From positions 2,232,001 through 2,296,000 of the forward strand of contig CDLV01000005.1 in the NCBI GenBank assembly GCA_001244265.2: a stretch of 64,000 bases of DNA. Reading direction: 5' to 3'. This stretch comes from Microbotryum violaceum. Lineage: Eukaryota. The notes under the pieces were generated by a model. That model was not told the origin of the DNA. It searched no databases and worked only from the letters and a program-made list of their open reading frames with translations. Every line of letters starts with the position of its first letter. The stretch's first letter is position 1. The position numbers and the translations under genes are program-made. Below, one piece after another: positions 52,028-64,000 of the stretch.

Positions 52028-52434
52028 TTAAGTTAACGTCAACCCACGTCACCTCCGTCAACAACGTTAACAAATGCACATCCCGCGCCACGTCACACGT
52101 GTTCTCGCAGTCTGTGCGTCCGTATCGACAACGCCCCCGCCTCCGACACCCATTGGGCCACCCGCCAGTTCAGGAATCCATATACAACAGCATTCGATCG
52201 TTCCTAAAGTAATCGAATGGTCGTTCTCTCACACATGGTTGCAAGCCATGGTGCCTTCCCACCCCCATTGCCGATCTAGGCAACGCGGCGATGGAGGCTC
52301 CCATACGGATGGTGTAGACAGAACCTCCTCTAGAAATGACGAGTGCTATCTCTCTCCAGCTTATGACCTAGAGCTCACTCGCCCTCTCTTCAAGCACATG
52401 TACCTCTTCCTACATCCCTACCTGCATTACACAC

Positions 52435-52627
52435 CCATGCTAGCCTCCAAGCCGCTCCTCCTAACCCGACGAGCCTCGCACGGACGCTATGCTTCCCACC
52501 ATATCTACCTATCTTACTACTCTGAAAACCCCCCCATATATCACCACCTGTTTTGCAAAACCATGCTAGCCTCCAAGCCGCTACTCCTAATCCGACGAGC
52601 CTCGCACGGACGCAATGCTTCCCACCA
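52435..52627 (+). repeat. 67-bp direct repeat (52435-52501 and 52561-52627)
   Basis: ccatgctagcctccaagccgct...atgcttcccacca twice with 3 mismatches. Confidence 0.9.
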
Positions 52628-53488
52628 ACTACCGAACTCCGCAACCAACCCACTAACTCAGCCCTATGACCTCAGCAATCCTCATCTCCCTTACACTTGG
52701 ACTCCGATCGAATTCCTCACAGTGATATGTTACACCCCACTTCTCATCGTAACGACCCGGGGAAGGAGCCAATACCGGATACTGTTCTTTGCGCCCGTAA
52801 AAGGACAGGATAGGAAACCCCCTCTCACTCGCCTGTAAAACATGTGAACACCTTTATCGATCCGCAACATATGAGAATGACGAACTATTGCAACGAATTG
52901 TTGCAATCCGCCCCTGTCCTCCGCACGCTTTCAATGAACACTTACTCTTCCGCTGACCTTCGCTGGCCCAATACTCTGCCTGATACTACCATGCACTTAC
53001 TCGACACCTACAATACTTCCTCGACACCTACGATACTTCCATCTGAGGAATGCCAACTTCCCCATCCAATGCCAAACCTGAGACCTGTTACAATTCACTC
53101 CTGTCTCTTCTAACCCCATACTCTGCGCTAGGCCCAATGTTTATGTCCCGGCGGATTTTAAAGCCGACTTGCCTGAGAAGACTTACTCCTGTCAGATCCC
53201 GAACTCGAGAACGCCATACCAACAACCGATCACGCCATCATGCGGAAGTGACTTGGTTCCGACATTCACGCACTTTTCCGGAATACAATCCAACCTAGTC
53301 ATTCAGAACGCCAACCCCATTTTACATCAACAACGACTGGCCAACAATGCTTCGACACCAACCGAAGCCAACATCACGAATAACTCGCCGACGAGAGAAG
53401 GCGATGAATCTGGAGGCTCGCCCAGTAAGCGTGGACGTCTCACCACGCACGAGGCGTCGATGGGGAAGGGAGTCTTGTTTCAAGTGTC

Positions 53489-56400
53489 ATGGGGACAGAA
53501 CGTCGTGTCGAGGAAGGAATGTCTATTGTCAGTACCCAAACAAAATTCCCATTCTCTTCTCGAACTTTGTCTGATGAGGTGCTGCTTATGGCCGCAGGAC
53601 CCATAAACGAAGACATCGAACCCCGAAAACAAAATCACATTCATTTTCTCCATACACTCAGCACATATTTTCTTCTTGCAATAACAATCAATTTTCACAG
53701 TACATCAGCCCCGACAAGAAGTATCATCCTCCTCCTCATCCTTGTGTTGGATAAAAATTGTGTTAACGCAGCAACTCCGATCTCTATCGCAAGCCTCAAC
53801 GTGAATGGACTTGCAGACCCCGTGAAGCTCCAACAAGTGCAACAAACCTTAATCAACTCAGACTACCATGTCGTCAGTCTAAATGAGCTCAAGTTCCGAA
53901 CGGACACACGGCTACCGGTTGACTTGATCGCTTTTCAGCCGATCCTTACACCCTCCGTCCGGGCTGGCTCGGGAATGAAATGGGGAACCCTCCTTCTAGT
54001 CCGCAATAACCTGCCGATACTAAACTCCTTCACATTCACCGAAGGACCACTGGTAGGACGAGTCGCCGCCGCTGATATACTCGTACAAACAAGGGAAGGC
54101 ACAGATATGGTCCCAATTCGTATCGTGTCCGCCTACTGCCCACACGGAGGTTATGCGCGCAAGACAGAAAATGATGACAACGCCATCACGGGTTTCTGGA
54201 CCGCTATGCAAGACCTCATACGAACCGGCCCACCAAATTGGGCGGTAGTAGGTGATTTCAATGCAGTACTTGACGCTCGGGAAACAGCCGCAACTAATTT
54301 TCCGCAACTCCGACCAACTGCGCTCGAATACTGCCGTTTCCTACGTCAAACCGATGGCCACGATGTGTGGAACGAGTTGGAATCACTGGCGCTCGCTGAA
54401 AGTTGGACACACAAGCTCTACGGGAACGCGCAAACCACGAGCGTCATAGACCGGCTTGCGACTTCCGTAACGACAGGGAATGCGGACATCGAGGCTTTAC
54501 GCCCAATTGTGGCCACTGACCACAGGCCAATTAGATGCAGGTTATGGTTTCCAGGGCTCTGCGTCGTAACTGACGAAGTAGGCGACGATGGACCGAGAAG
54601 AATAACAGTTCAGCCGAGGGGTAGCGATACTCGGCCAAGATTCACGAAAGACATGGAAGACGGCGTTGCCAATGTACAGTGTTTAAGGGAAATATCGGAA
54701 GACGCGGTTGTAACTTCACAGGAAGTTTGGGACACTGCCTATAAAGAGTTCTCTGCTACTGGTCGATACTTCTCTGAAGGTGTTCGGCGAGAGGTGGGGC
54801 CCAACAATGAACAAACGCCAGCTCGTCGGATCCCCCGAATTGCGAGAAATGATTCAGGACCGTTATCATATGAACCGGTACATATATGCCCTCAATACTA
54901 TTTCTATCCACATCCTCAAACACAGGCAGGACGTACAGAGATGGTTCAACGGAGGCTTTAGCAATGCAACACGACAACGTCTACAACAAGATAGAGGACA
55001 CACTGGTTGGTATCCGCCCGAAGGCGCAGTCCTGGAGACAGCGATGGTCTGGCATCGACAACTCTGCAAAAGGATACATGCTCAGGAGAAGCGGGAACGC
55101 AAAGAGTTGACACAACGGACTGACAATCTCCGAATCCAGAGTGTCATTAATGGGGGATCTGTAAAGAGGATCCTCATGCCGCGGACAACACTGGTTCAGC
55201 CACGAGCGTTTGAAACTGCGGGGGGAACTACTACCGCGGAGCCAACAGAAGTACGTACCACCTTCAGGCAATATTTCAGCACTTTATTCAAAAAGACCGA
55301 CGAACAACCAGTGACGGCTAAGCCGTGGATGAACTCAGAAAGCTCCCGACGCTTCCGTAATACAACACAGCAGGACCAATTCGAGTGGCCTAAGCCCCTG
55401 ACACTCGGCGACCTCCGAACGCTGCTCAGTAGAGGAAATCGGGAGCCATCCCCCGGGCCGGATCGATGGGAGAAATGGACCGTGGCAATTCTGGGAGACC
55501 GAACTATGTCCGTGGTCCTGGCCCTTTTGAACTATGTGCTGGTGAATAACTACTTTGATAAGCTGCGTGACCACTATCTCCTTCCGATGTTCAAAAATTG
55601 GGGTCTCTCCACCCAATTGAGCAACTACCGGGCGGTTGTTTTGGAAATTTCCTTGCGGTTATGGCGGCTGCATGGTTCACACGTCAAGCACAGGCTTATG
55701 CAATGAAACATCACATGATACCAGAGACACAGGTCGCGGTACAAAGCGGCGTACAGCAGCGGGATCTCACGAGCTTCCTTGCGCAACTCGAAGCATGGGC
55801 TGTTCGAGCAAAGACCCCTATTTACGGCCTTATTCGAGATCAAAAGAAGGGTTTTGATCTGCTGCGGGCAGAAGCCGGATACGACGCTTACGAATTTTTC
55901 GGCTTTGGACCGAACGCGGAGGCTTTTGACCGAGCGCGGTTAGCACACGGCTCGTTCATGATGAAGACACCATATGGCCTGACCTAAGATGGAATGTGGA
56001 ACGCTATGTATCTGGCACTGAGGACACTTATGTCAGAACCGTTGCGAGAGCGAACGGAGTAAGACTAAGGAGAAAAGTGTCACTCAGGCGCAGACCAATC
56101 TAAACAAGCTAATAGATTGTAAGGCCAGGGCAAGATTTGTGAGGTGATAATATCTTCCGTTTAGCAAATAAGAATTAGAATGATGAGATCAAACCTAATC
56201 GTAGTAGAAACTCTTCAGACTCTTAACCAATAACTGTGACATGACCGACCCCTTTGAAGTGGACGGACGAATGTCACAAAGGCGATCCACCAAACCCGTT
56301 CAGGTTCTCACTTGCGATGGCCATGGGCTCCTACTGGTTGGACGAGCAAGTCTACGATGACCCTCTTCTCATCCCAACGCAAAATGGAGCACGGCGGCGC

Positions 56401-58700
56401 GCGCACACAAAGGCCGGCGAGCTTACCCTCAGACTCACACAGGTAGCCGAAATGGACGACACAATTCTGCTAGCGAAGAGTGAAACTAGGCTAGCTACTA
56501 TGACGCTCTACATGGAGCTATTCCAAGAGGCGTATGGAGCTCAAACGGACTGGGGTACGAAAACTCGAGCTATTATTTTGGGAGAAACTGACTCACTGGT
56601 TGCGCCAACAGAAAGGGTGACGGTCAACACTCCTCACGGAGAACGACAGGTTGCTGTCGACCTGGCACATGTCTTCCTCAAAACGCCGTTTGCAGCACCA
56701 GATCGACAATATACCCAGCTGGAGAGTATTGTGCGCTCGGTTTGGTTTCCTAGCACATCGACTAGGAGGCTTCCGCGCTCAGCACTGCGACGGTTTATAG
56801 AGCAACAAGTAATTAACAGGTTGAGGCCAAGGCTAGCATTGTGCCCAATTTGACCGGAGGATGCGCTCAGACTTGATCAAATAGTCGCGCAGCGGATAAA
56901 GGAGTATTATGGATGGGTCTTCACACCAACGGCAAAGTTGGTTACCTTGCCGGTCGCCAAGTTTGGATTTGAGCTTACTAGCCTATGGCGACTAAACGGG
57001 GCACTGGCGGTTGACGGATTATTACGGGACCTCAATCATCACATTCCGGCGTTTGAAACGATGGCCAAGATCACGCTGGCCGATCTCCAATGCCGACCCC
57101 ATGGCTGCATTTCTCCTTTCATTGACCCCAAGCCCCTGTCCTTTCCGCACTCGCAACGAAAGGTCCCCCAGACGTGGAACACGGCTCTTAGTGCTTTACA
57201 ACAATGCGGGAAGCTGCAAGTGCTGGAGACCGACCAATCAAGCGGTCTTACCTCGATGTTCAGTGCGGAGCATGCATACCTTCAGACAGGAGGGGCTCGG
57301 CGAAATGAACCACAGTTACGGCGGGCAGTGGCGGCGCTTCCAGCTCGGCTTACAGATATACGGGAGCTCAAGAAAGGACCGCGGAGAGATCTACCGGACC
57401 TTTTCACCGATTGGCTAGACCCCAATACCAGATTGGTGCGGCAGTGGTCGGAACGCTTTGACGAACTGACTTTGGCCGAGGGACCAGTCCAACTCCTGCG
57501 AAGCAGAGCCGAGCGGAAAACTGAAGTCGAAGATCAGCTTCGGGGTGTAGTTCTTCCCATACTTAAAATGAGACAAGCGCAGGCCCAAGTCATTTGGGCG
57601 ACAGATGGCTCACTTATTGTCCTGCCCACGGGATTCGCTTCCGCGGCCGCAGCAGTTGTAGGACCGAATTGGGAAGCCCGGGCAGCTATGTTCGCGGGCG
57701 CGTCAATTATGCAAGCGGAAGTGACAGCCCTGATTATTGCAGCACTGACTATACAATCACATAATTTCGGGGCTACTACACCAATTCCGGTTCTCGCAGA
57801 TCATCTGACATCGGTCAGATTTGCCGAGAAGATCAGACAGGGCGATGTTGCACCGAAGAAACCGAGGGTTGCGTTTGCACACTACACATGGCTCGAACGT
57901 TTGCTCGCAACGAACCACACGATCGAAATCCAACATGTGAAAGCTCATACGGGACGAACAGACGACGCATTGCGTGCAAACGAAAGGGCGGATGAAGCGG
58001 CTAAGAAGGGACATTCACAGCCTGACCTCATTGTGCCTTTCCCCGACTTCGCTCTCCCGCAGTGGACGATCGCTAGAATGACCGCCAACAACATCGAATG
58101 GCTGGAAGGCGATATCAGCAAGAAGATTTACGACCTTCAAGAAGACTGGCAGCTGAAGTCGTTGCCGAAGAAGACAGGCGACAGTGTTCGACTCCTATTG
58201 AATGTTGGACATTCAGCGGGGCAGTACCCATATCTTCGCGCAGTGTCAACGTATGCCGCACAGACACAGCTCCAAATGCGGGCACATGTTCTGCCCACTG
58301 CTTCGCGATGTTCAGAGAGACTGGGGACCTCCCCGGAGTGTGTGATATGTGGAGCAGAGGAAGAAACAGAGAAACACGCGTTTGGAGAGTGCCCATCGGG
58401 ACAAGAACTTCGCGACAAAATTGGTCAGGAACTGTATCGGGCTACGCGAAGCAAACTCGAGGCACGGCAACAAGGATGACTGGCCTGCAGATACAGGAGC
58501 TATGTACCTTTGCCGCCAAACTGGTGAGGGCACATTTGTGGTGATTTGCGATGCAAACCGGATATCTACTGGACTCTAGACGAGCGATCGCGGACGCGGC
58601 TGGACCGGGCATGGCATCATGAGCTGATCAAAGGGGCTGGGAGAATTTGGGGCGGCCGCATGCGAAAGTGGTGGACATTACAACAGAATATGGAGTAGCA
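53489..58700 (+). mobile_element. Decayed non-LTR retrotransposon (LINE-like) ORF2: APE endonuclease - RT - RNase H - CCHC finger; 5' UTR/ORF1 remnant probably extends to about 52.0 kb
   Basis: APE: SLNVNGL, SLNELK, VSAYCP, GDFNAV, IDRL, TDHRPI. RT: SPGPD, NYRAV, RDQKKGFD, QGDP, EMDD. RNase H: ATDGS, AEVTAL, ADH, HVKAH, NERADEAAK. Finger: CVICGAEEETEKHAFGEC. Several frameshifts and a TGA at 56851. Confidence 0.93.
55985..56241 (-). mobile_element. 257-bp solo-LTR-like insertion with 5-bp target-site duplication (TGACC)
   Basis: TGACC at 55980-55984 and 56242-56246. Removing the insert restores YGLTDPFEVDG. The minus strand starts TGTCACAG; AT-rich. Confidence 0.8.
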
Positions 58701-58914
58701 TACCTCACTGGTGGAGGCGATAGTGGCAAGCTTGCCCCATCTACCCTCAGGAGCCGGGAGCCGAGGGGGAGGAGGGAAAACTGGTGTAAACCCTGAGAAA
58801 TGGGGGCATCAGTCCTAATCCCAGCGAGGCGATGGCCCGTATACAATATGGGTGTATGATATGACATGTTATGGTGGTCCAGCGGATCTAGCGTTTGTTA
58901 GATTCTGTCTTTGA

Positions 58915-59495
58915 ATAAGACTAGCTGGAATTTATGACTTTAAACTTTGAACTTGAGAAGCGTGTGGGGCACAAACGGAGGGGAGCAAAAAGACGAAGAA
59001 TTATCTGCTGAATGAGACTCCTGAACACCTCGTCGATGCGAGTGCAATAAAAGGGCGCCTGTTGAGATGGACACAGACGCTCTGTGGAAGCTAAAGAAGC
59101 CAAGGGCAGATGCTTCGAGGGTAATTGACACGCCATACGGGCCACGAGAAGTGTGGGTAGTTCAAGGACTCGTTTCTGCGCACAACGAGTCCCTTGATCA
59201 CGACTGTCAAGTCCGCTCTATGAAAGCATCAGGAATCTGATCATCTGCGTAGGAATCTCCCCCCAAAACGGCTCCCAATGACAGCAGTGATACGATACAT
59301 TGAATAAGCGGTCATCATCACAGTTAGTGACAATGGAACAAGCGGGGAAGCTGAATAGCTTCATCGTGGTCAGATCCATCAGTATTTCAACGCACCCCTT
59401 AAGCCAAGCACACAATTGCTTAGGTTGTCGATTGCGGAATCTGAGCTAGGTCCCACAAGCATATGGAGATTCAACGCAAGCCTAGGCGTCTCGGT
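58915..59495 (+). mobile_element. Second, older fragment of the same LINE family (post-RT region)
   Basis: Broken frames give EACGAQTEGSKKT, IDTPYGPREV, KRLPMTAVIRYIE and PTSIWRFNASLGV, collinear with EAYGAQTDWGTKT, VNTPHGERQV, RRLPRSALRRFIE and LTSLWRLNGALAV of the first copy. Confidence 0.75.
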
Positions 59496-60760
59496 CTAGT
59501 ACTTGAGCACATTTCGACCCAGGTGAGTCTGCAGCGAGGACTGGTCGAGGAGACGATGAGCTTCCGCGTGTCGATCGTAGCCGACCAAGATCAGAGGAAC
59601 GCCTTTGGGATCATGTTTGTCACGTCTGTGAGCTGGTACGGTGAGCCAGGCCCGACACTCGAAGACTCTGAGGGGAGCCATGGCCGGGTTCAGCCTGACC
59701 AGCGATGGTTGCGGATTTCGCCGCGCAGAACTGCGTGGGGGGAGATTCTTGGTGTGGATGCAGCACATGGCAGCCTCATCCCAGCAAGGGCATGGAAGAC
59801 AAGCGTGAAGGAGCGCTAGAGTGTCTCCCACAATCGACAAATTGAGTCGCTCGGCCCGACCATTCTGCTCGGTTGTGTGAGGGATGGTCATCTCGCGTTT
59901 GATGCCGCGCGCCACGCAAAAGCCATTGAAGGACGAAGAGACGTATTCACCACCATTGTCCGAGCGAAGGGTTTTCACTCGTCGACCCATGGCGTTTTCC
60001 ACCTTCAGCAGTCAGTCCTTGAGCGCCTGAAAGACGTCGCTGCCTTCGTCGAGGACTGCAAACTCACGGAGCACAACTACATTGACTGGGACCTCAACAT
60101 ATCCCTCACTGTCGCTCGCGAATTTTCCTTTGCGCAAGTACGCACAGACTTCACGAGCAACAGTGAGGGGCATGGTGAGGTCCCAGTCAGTGTAGTTGTG
60201 CTCCGTGAGTTTGCAGTCCTTGGCGAAGGCAGCAGGGGCGTTCGGTGGCAAGAGGTGGCGAAGCGTGGGAGCGTCTTCGTAGCGGACACGTTGAATCTGT
60301 ACCAGAACTTCATACTCAGCGCGTGGGAGTACGATTGAGCCGATGTGTGAGGTGTCGTCGTTACGGCCCGGCGTTGATGGCGGTGCAGGGGGTGCCAGTA
60401 CCGGTCATCATCGGCCACGTTGTTGAGGTCTGCCGCTGGTAGGTCGTTGGGCTTATGATCTATTAGAACTCTGTGGGCCTAGACACGAGATACGTAAGTA
60501 TGAGAGCCGAAGATGATAGATAAGATAGTTGGACAGGAAGAAGAAAGGTCATGGAAACGCGCGCGAGCAAGGCTCAAGGTGCGAGAGGCCGCGAATATCT
60601 ATTACATCTCTAGTAAATAATCATGATGGGGGATCTTGGTGTTTCTAGGAGGGGCCACTCAGTATAACGGGTGGTGGACCGGGGGCGAAAGGGTACAAGT
60701 AGGCCCAAATAGCGATCGGGCTACTTGTTCGCACAATTGAGGTCGAGAGCGCTTTCAACA
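59496..60760 (-). mobile_element. Internally deleted Ty1/copia LTR retrotransposon remnant (5' LTR, PBS, gag start, integrase core and SH3)
   Basis: Putative LTR 60760-60461 (TGTTGAAA...TTCTAATA); PBS-like GATCATAAGCCC resembling copia GGTTATGAGCCC; gag-like [13 protein letters not shown]; integrase [38 protein letters not shown]. Confidence 0.88.
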
Positions 60761-61377
60761 GAATGGCCCCTTTTTGGAGGCTAGCCGGAATGTGGAATTT
60801 TCATTCTCATGTTGGGACGCTTTGGGGCGGAGAGAGGGGGGTTTGGTGTCCTTTCCTTTTCGTTAAACCTCTCTCCCCTTCTTCGCTTTGCTCACTTTGC
60901 TCACTTCTATCCTTCTTCCTCAAGAGACGTTTCTCGTTATCACAACTTCCCTCGGATCGATCGCTCAGGGCCCTCTTTCAATTTTGGGTGGAAACAGGAA
61001 CCCTCAAACGTCAAACGCCGAACACCTTGGACAGCCTTCGGGCGCGCCTCGAGCCGTCCGCGAGATCCGGACGGTCGCCCTGGGCTAGTCCGTCGTCTCC
61101 TGCTGCCCAGTCTAATCTAATCCACTTCACCAGGGTCGTTGATGCTTGCGCACTGACGCCTCGTTCAGCTGCCGGCAGTCATTCTTTCCCCTCCTTTACT
61201 TCTACATCATATCGACGACCTTGGACAAAGCCCACTCGAGCGCGATCGATCCGCTCCCCCGTCCGTCCCCCACGCTGTGTCTCCTCTCTTGGTGTGGTGC
61301 CCTCTACATCATCAATTTCGAGTCGACGACCGGGCCAGGCCGCCATTTGCGCGTCGGGAAATTGAAGCTCGATTCGA

Positions 61378-64000
61378 ATGCTCAGCTACTACGGCGGTCC
61401 AGCCGCAGCTGAGGCATCGGGGTCGACCTCGACAGGCTCGACCAGTGCCAGTGGGTACCAGAGCTCAGCGGCACCGACGAGCAGGAGCATCACTAGTACT
61501 GCCAGAGCGACGACCGCGACCGCGACCGCGACCACGAGAACGACAACGACGAAGGCGACGACAACTTGGACTCCAGAGGATGATGTACGCCTTCGTTATG
61601 AGCTCGATCTCGCCGGGGGCAAAGTCAAGTGGTCCCAGGTGGCATTATTGGCTTTCCCGGACGGTCGACACGACAAGGCGGATTGTCAAGAGGTGAGTGT
61701 CTTTGGTGGTATGGGCATCAGTGCTTCGCTGCGGGTTGGTTGCTTTGTGTGGTCGTCGTCGTCGATGCGACTCGGGCGCCATCGGTCGCTGCGCCGCCCC
61801 CTCCGCTCCCCTCCGCCTTCCCCGGCCAACGCCGCGGCGTGCGCTCGGGAGGGCGGCCAAGCAATCGCTCCCATTCTCCGAAATCGCTCGGACCCAGGCT
61901 CAGGCTCGGGTTCGGGCCCCAAAGTTCTTTCGGGCCAATGGTTGAGTTTTGGCTTTACTGGGCGGGTACGATCGGGGTTGGCTCGGATGGGGTGGTTTCG
62001 GCGGCACCCCCGGATGCGTCGTCGTGAGCGCGAGCGCGCAAGTCCATAATTGGCGGACGCTGACTAGTGGGCTGACCTACGCACAGCGCTGGCGCAACAT
62101 GACGGTCGAGAAGCCTAAGCTACGCGGACCGTGGGCCAAAGAGGAGGACGACAAGTTGGAATCCCTCGTGCAGCAACACGGGTCCGAGAAATGGGTGAGT
62201 ACCTATGGCTTAGCTGCTTTCTCCGCTCGACTTGCCTCTGTCCTACTTCTCTCCGTCCGCTCTCTCCTATCGCGTCTGGCGGCTAAGGGCCCCTTCCGAC
62301 GGACACCCACTGATGCGGTTCATCCATGCGTATGGGCGGTATATATCTACCAGGTTGCCATCGCGCAAGAGATGGGGACTCGATCGGGCAAGCAGTGCCG
62401 TGAGCGGTGGCATAACCATCTCGACCCTTCAAGTGAGTTTGGCCCTCTCCTGACGCCGCGCGAAAACTAGCTGGTCAGCCTGGCCTCGACCCTGACAAGG
62501 CACCGCTACTCTTTTCCAACAGTCAACAAGGGCGACTGGACGCCCGAAGAGGAAGAGCTCATCAAAACCATGTACATGAAGATCGGCTCGAGGTGGGCCG
62601 AAATGGCAAAGTACCTACCCGGCCGGCCCGACAATGCGATCAAGAATCACTTCAATGCGTAAGTCTTCCTCGAAGGAGAACTAAGCGACAAACGATCGAA
62701 ATCGAACTCATGAATCATTTCGTGGCTCGGACTTCACAGCTCGATTGGTCGTCCGCGGAAGCGTGGGTCCAGTATTAGTTCTATGACCGGAGCCCTCGAC
62801 CTCTCCGACTCGTCTCAAGGCACTGCGATGTCCCGCACAGCGTCCAACAGCTCCCTTGCCAGCTCTGGCTCCACCTCTGGATCGGGCTATGGCCGATATG
62901 CCCCCTACCATCGCTCGTCCTCGTCCGTCTCGTCGACGGGGGTCTCGAAGGGGCGCAGCGACTCGATCTCCTCGGCACACGACCCCTTTGGTCTTCCCGC
63001 GTATTCTGCACCCACGGATTACCCACCGCAGTTCCCCTACGATCAGCACGGAATGCCACGGGGTGGAGGAGGGCATATGGCGTACGCGACGTCGAATGTG
63101 CCCCACGTCCACCACACCCATTCAATGTCGCTGCCGCATGCACCGCTATCGCGCAGCTCCTATGCGCCCCCGGCCAGCGGCCACAGCAGTTCCGACGAAT
63201 CGACGGCGATGACACCGGACATGATGAGGGCATCGCTCCCCGGATCTGCAGGACCATCGGATCGATCCATCCGGCCAGAGGTGTTCGCACGGCCCTACTC
63301 GAATTCGTCGCCCTCGATCGCAAGCGGTTTCGCGTATCCGCACTTTCCCTCGGGTCGCGAGCCGTCGCCGCTCGATTCAAATGCGTACCATCCGAACTTG
63401 CAGATCGAAACGGATGGCTCTGCGATCTGGAACCAGCAGCAGCGACATGCCAGCTACTCTCGTTTATCGACGTCGAGCGCCTCGTCATCGTCGTCGTCGT
63501 CGAATTCGCCGAATCCGCACGCCATAGCATCGCTTCGTAACAGCCCCCACCTCGGCTTCGACCCCAACTCGCATGTCGGCTTCGACCCGAGCGTAGGATT
63601 TGCGGGCCCGATCGAGGTAGACCAGACGCAGTACGGTTTGTATCCGGACGAGGCCGCCGCTCAGGCCCACCAACAAATGTTCGCGTCCGCCGATCGCTCG
63701 ATGTACCCCTCGGTGTCGGGGCATTACCACACGCCCTCGGACACGGGCTACGACCATGTCGCACCGTTCTCTGCGACACAGGCATTTTCGGCTCGACCAG
63801 GTCTGCAGCACTCGACGTCGCACGAGTCCATCACGTTACAGCAGCCCGTCTACGAGCAGCAACCGGTGCAGGCACACGAGCAACAGCAGCAAGCGCCCCA
63901 GCAGCAACATCAGCCTCCGTTCTATGTGCATGCCGGACACATGGTCACCCCCGATCCAACGACGGGGTCCTACACATTCAATCCCGCTTCCAAACGATCC
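61378..64000 (+). CDS. Myb-family transcription factor with three repeats; 3' end outside the window
   Basis: [91 protein letters not shown]; then a Ser/Gln-rich tail. Confidence 0.95.

Noticed and set aside
59240-59255. YADD peptide on the minus strand as a further RT
   Set aside because: No surrounding RT motifs; the plus strand here is explained by the LINE fragment.

Overview
Intron-rich, GC-rich fungal chromosomal DNA. Gene content, short introns with GTGAG/GTGCG donors and CTGAC/CTAAC branch points suggest a basidiomycete yeast, probably Pucciniomycotina (inference). Bases 1-48.3 kb are gene-dense: type IIC-like P-type ATPase (3' end), NFKBIL1-like protein, Med4, rhodanese-PTP phosphatase, alcohol acetyltransferase-family gene with a 5' frameshift, a small secreted protein, a Cys-rich pseudogene, auxin-efflux-carrier-family transporter, acetyl-CoA synthetase, micro-exon-rich UBE2W, NFU1, AAR2, Aco2-type aconitase, Nim1/Gin4-like kinase, BRCT protein, TRS31 and an Mtf2-like protein. 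Bases ~50.3-60.8 kb are a rearranged mobile-DNA island. It holds a near-perfect 341-bp inverted duplication enclosing a captured DBR1 exon fragment, and a decayed non-LTR retrotransposon (APE-RT-RNase H-CCHC) with an atypical EMDD RT motif, a hydrophobic leader and a solo-LTR-like insertion. It also holds a second older copy of that family and a deleted Ty1/copia element with an internal hairpin. A three-repeat Myb gene runs off the right end. All exon models were built by eye and no database searches were run.
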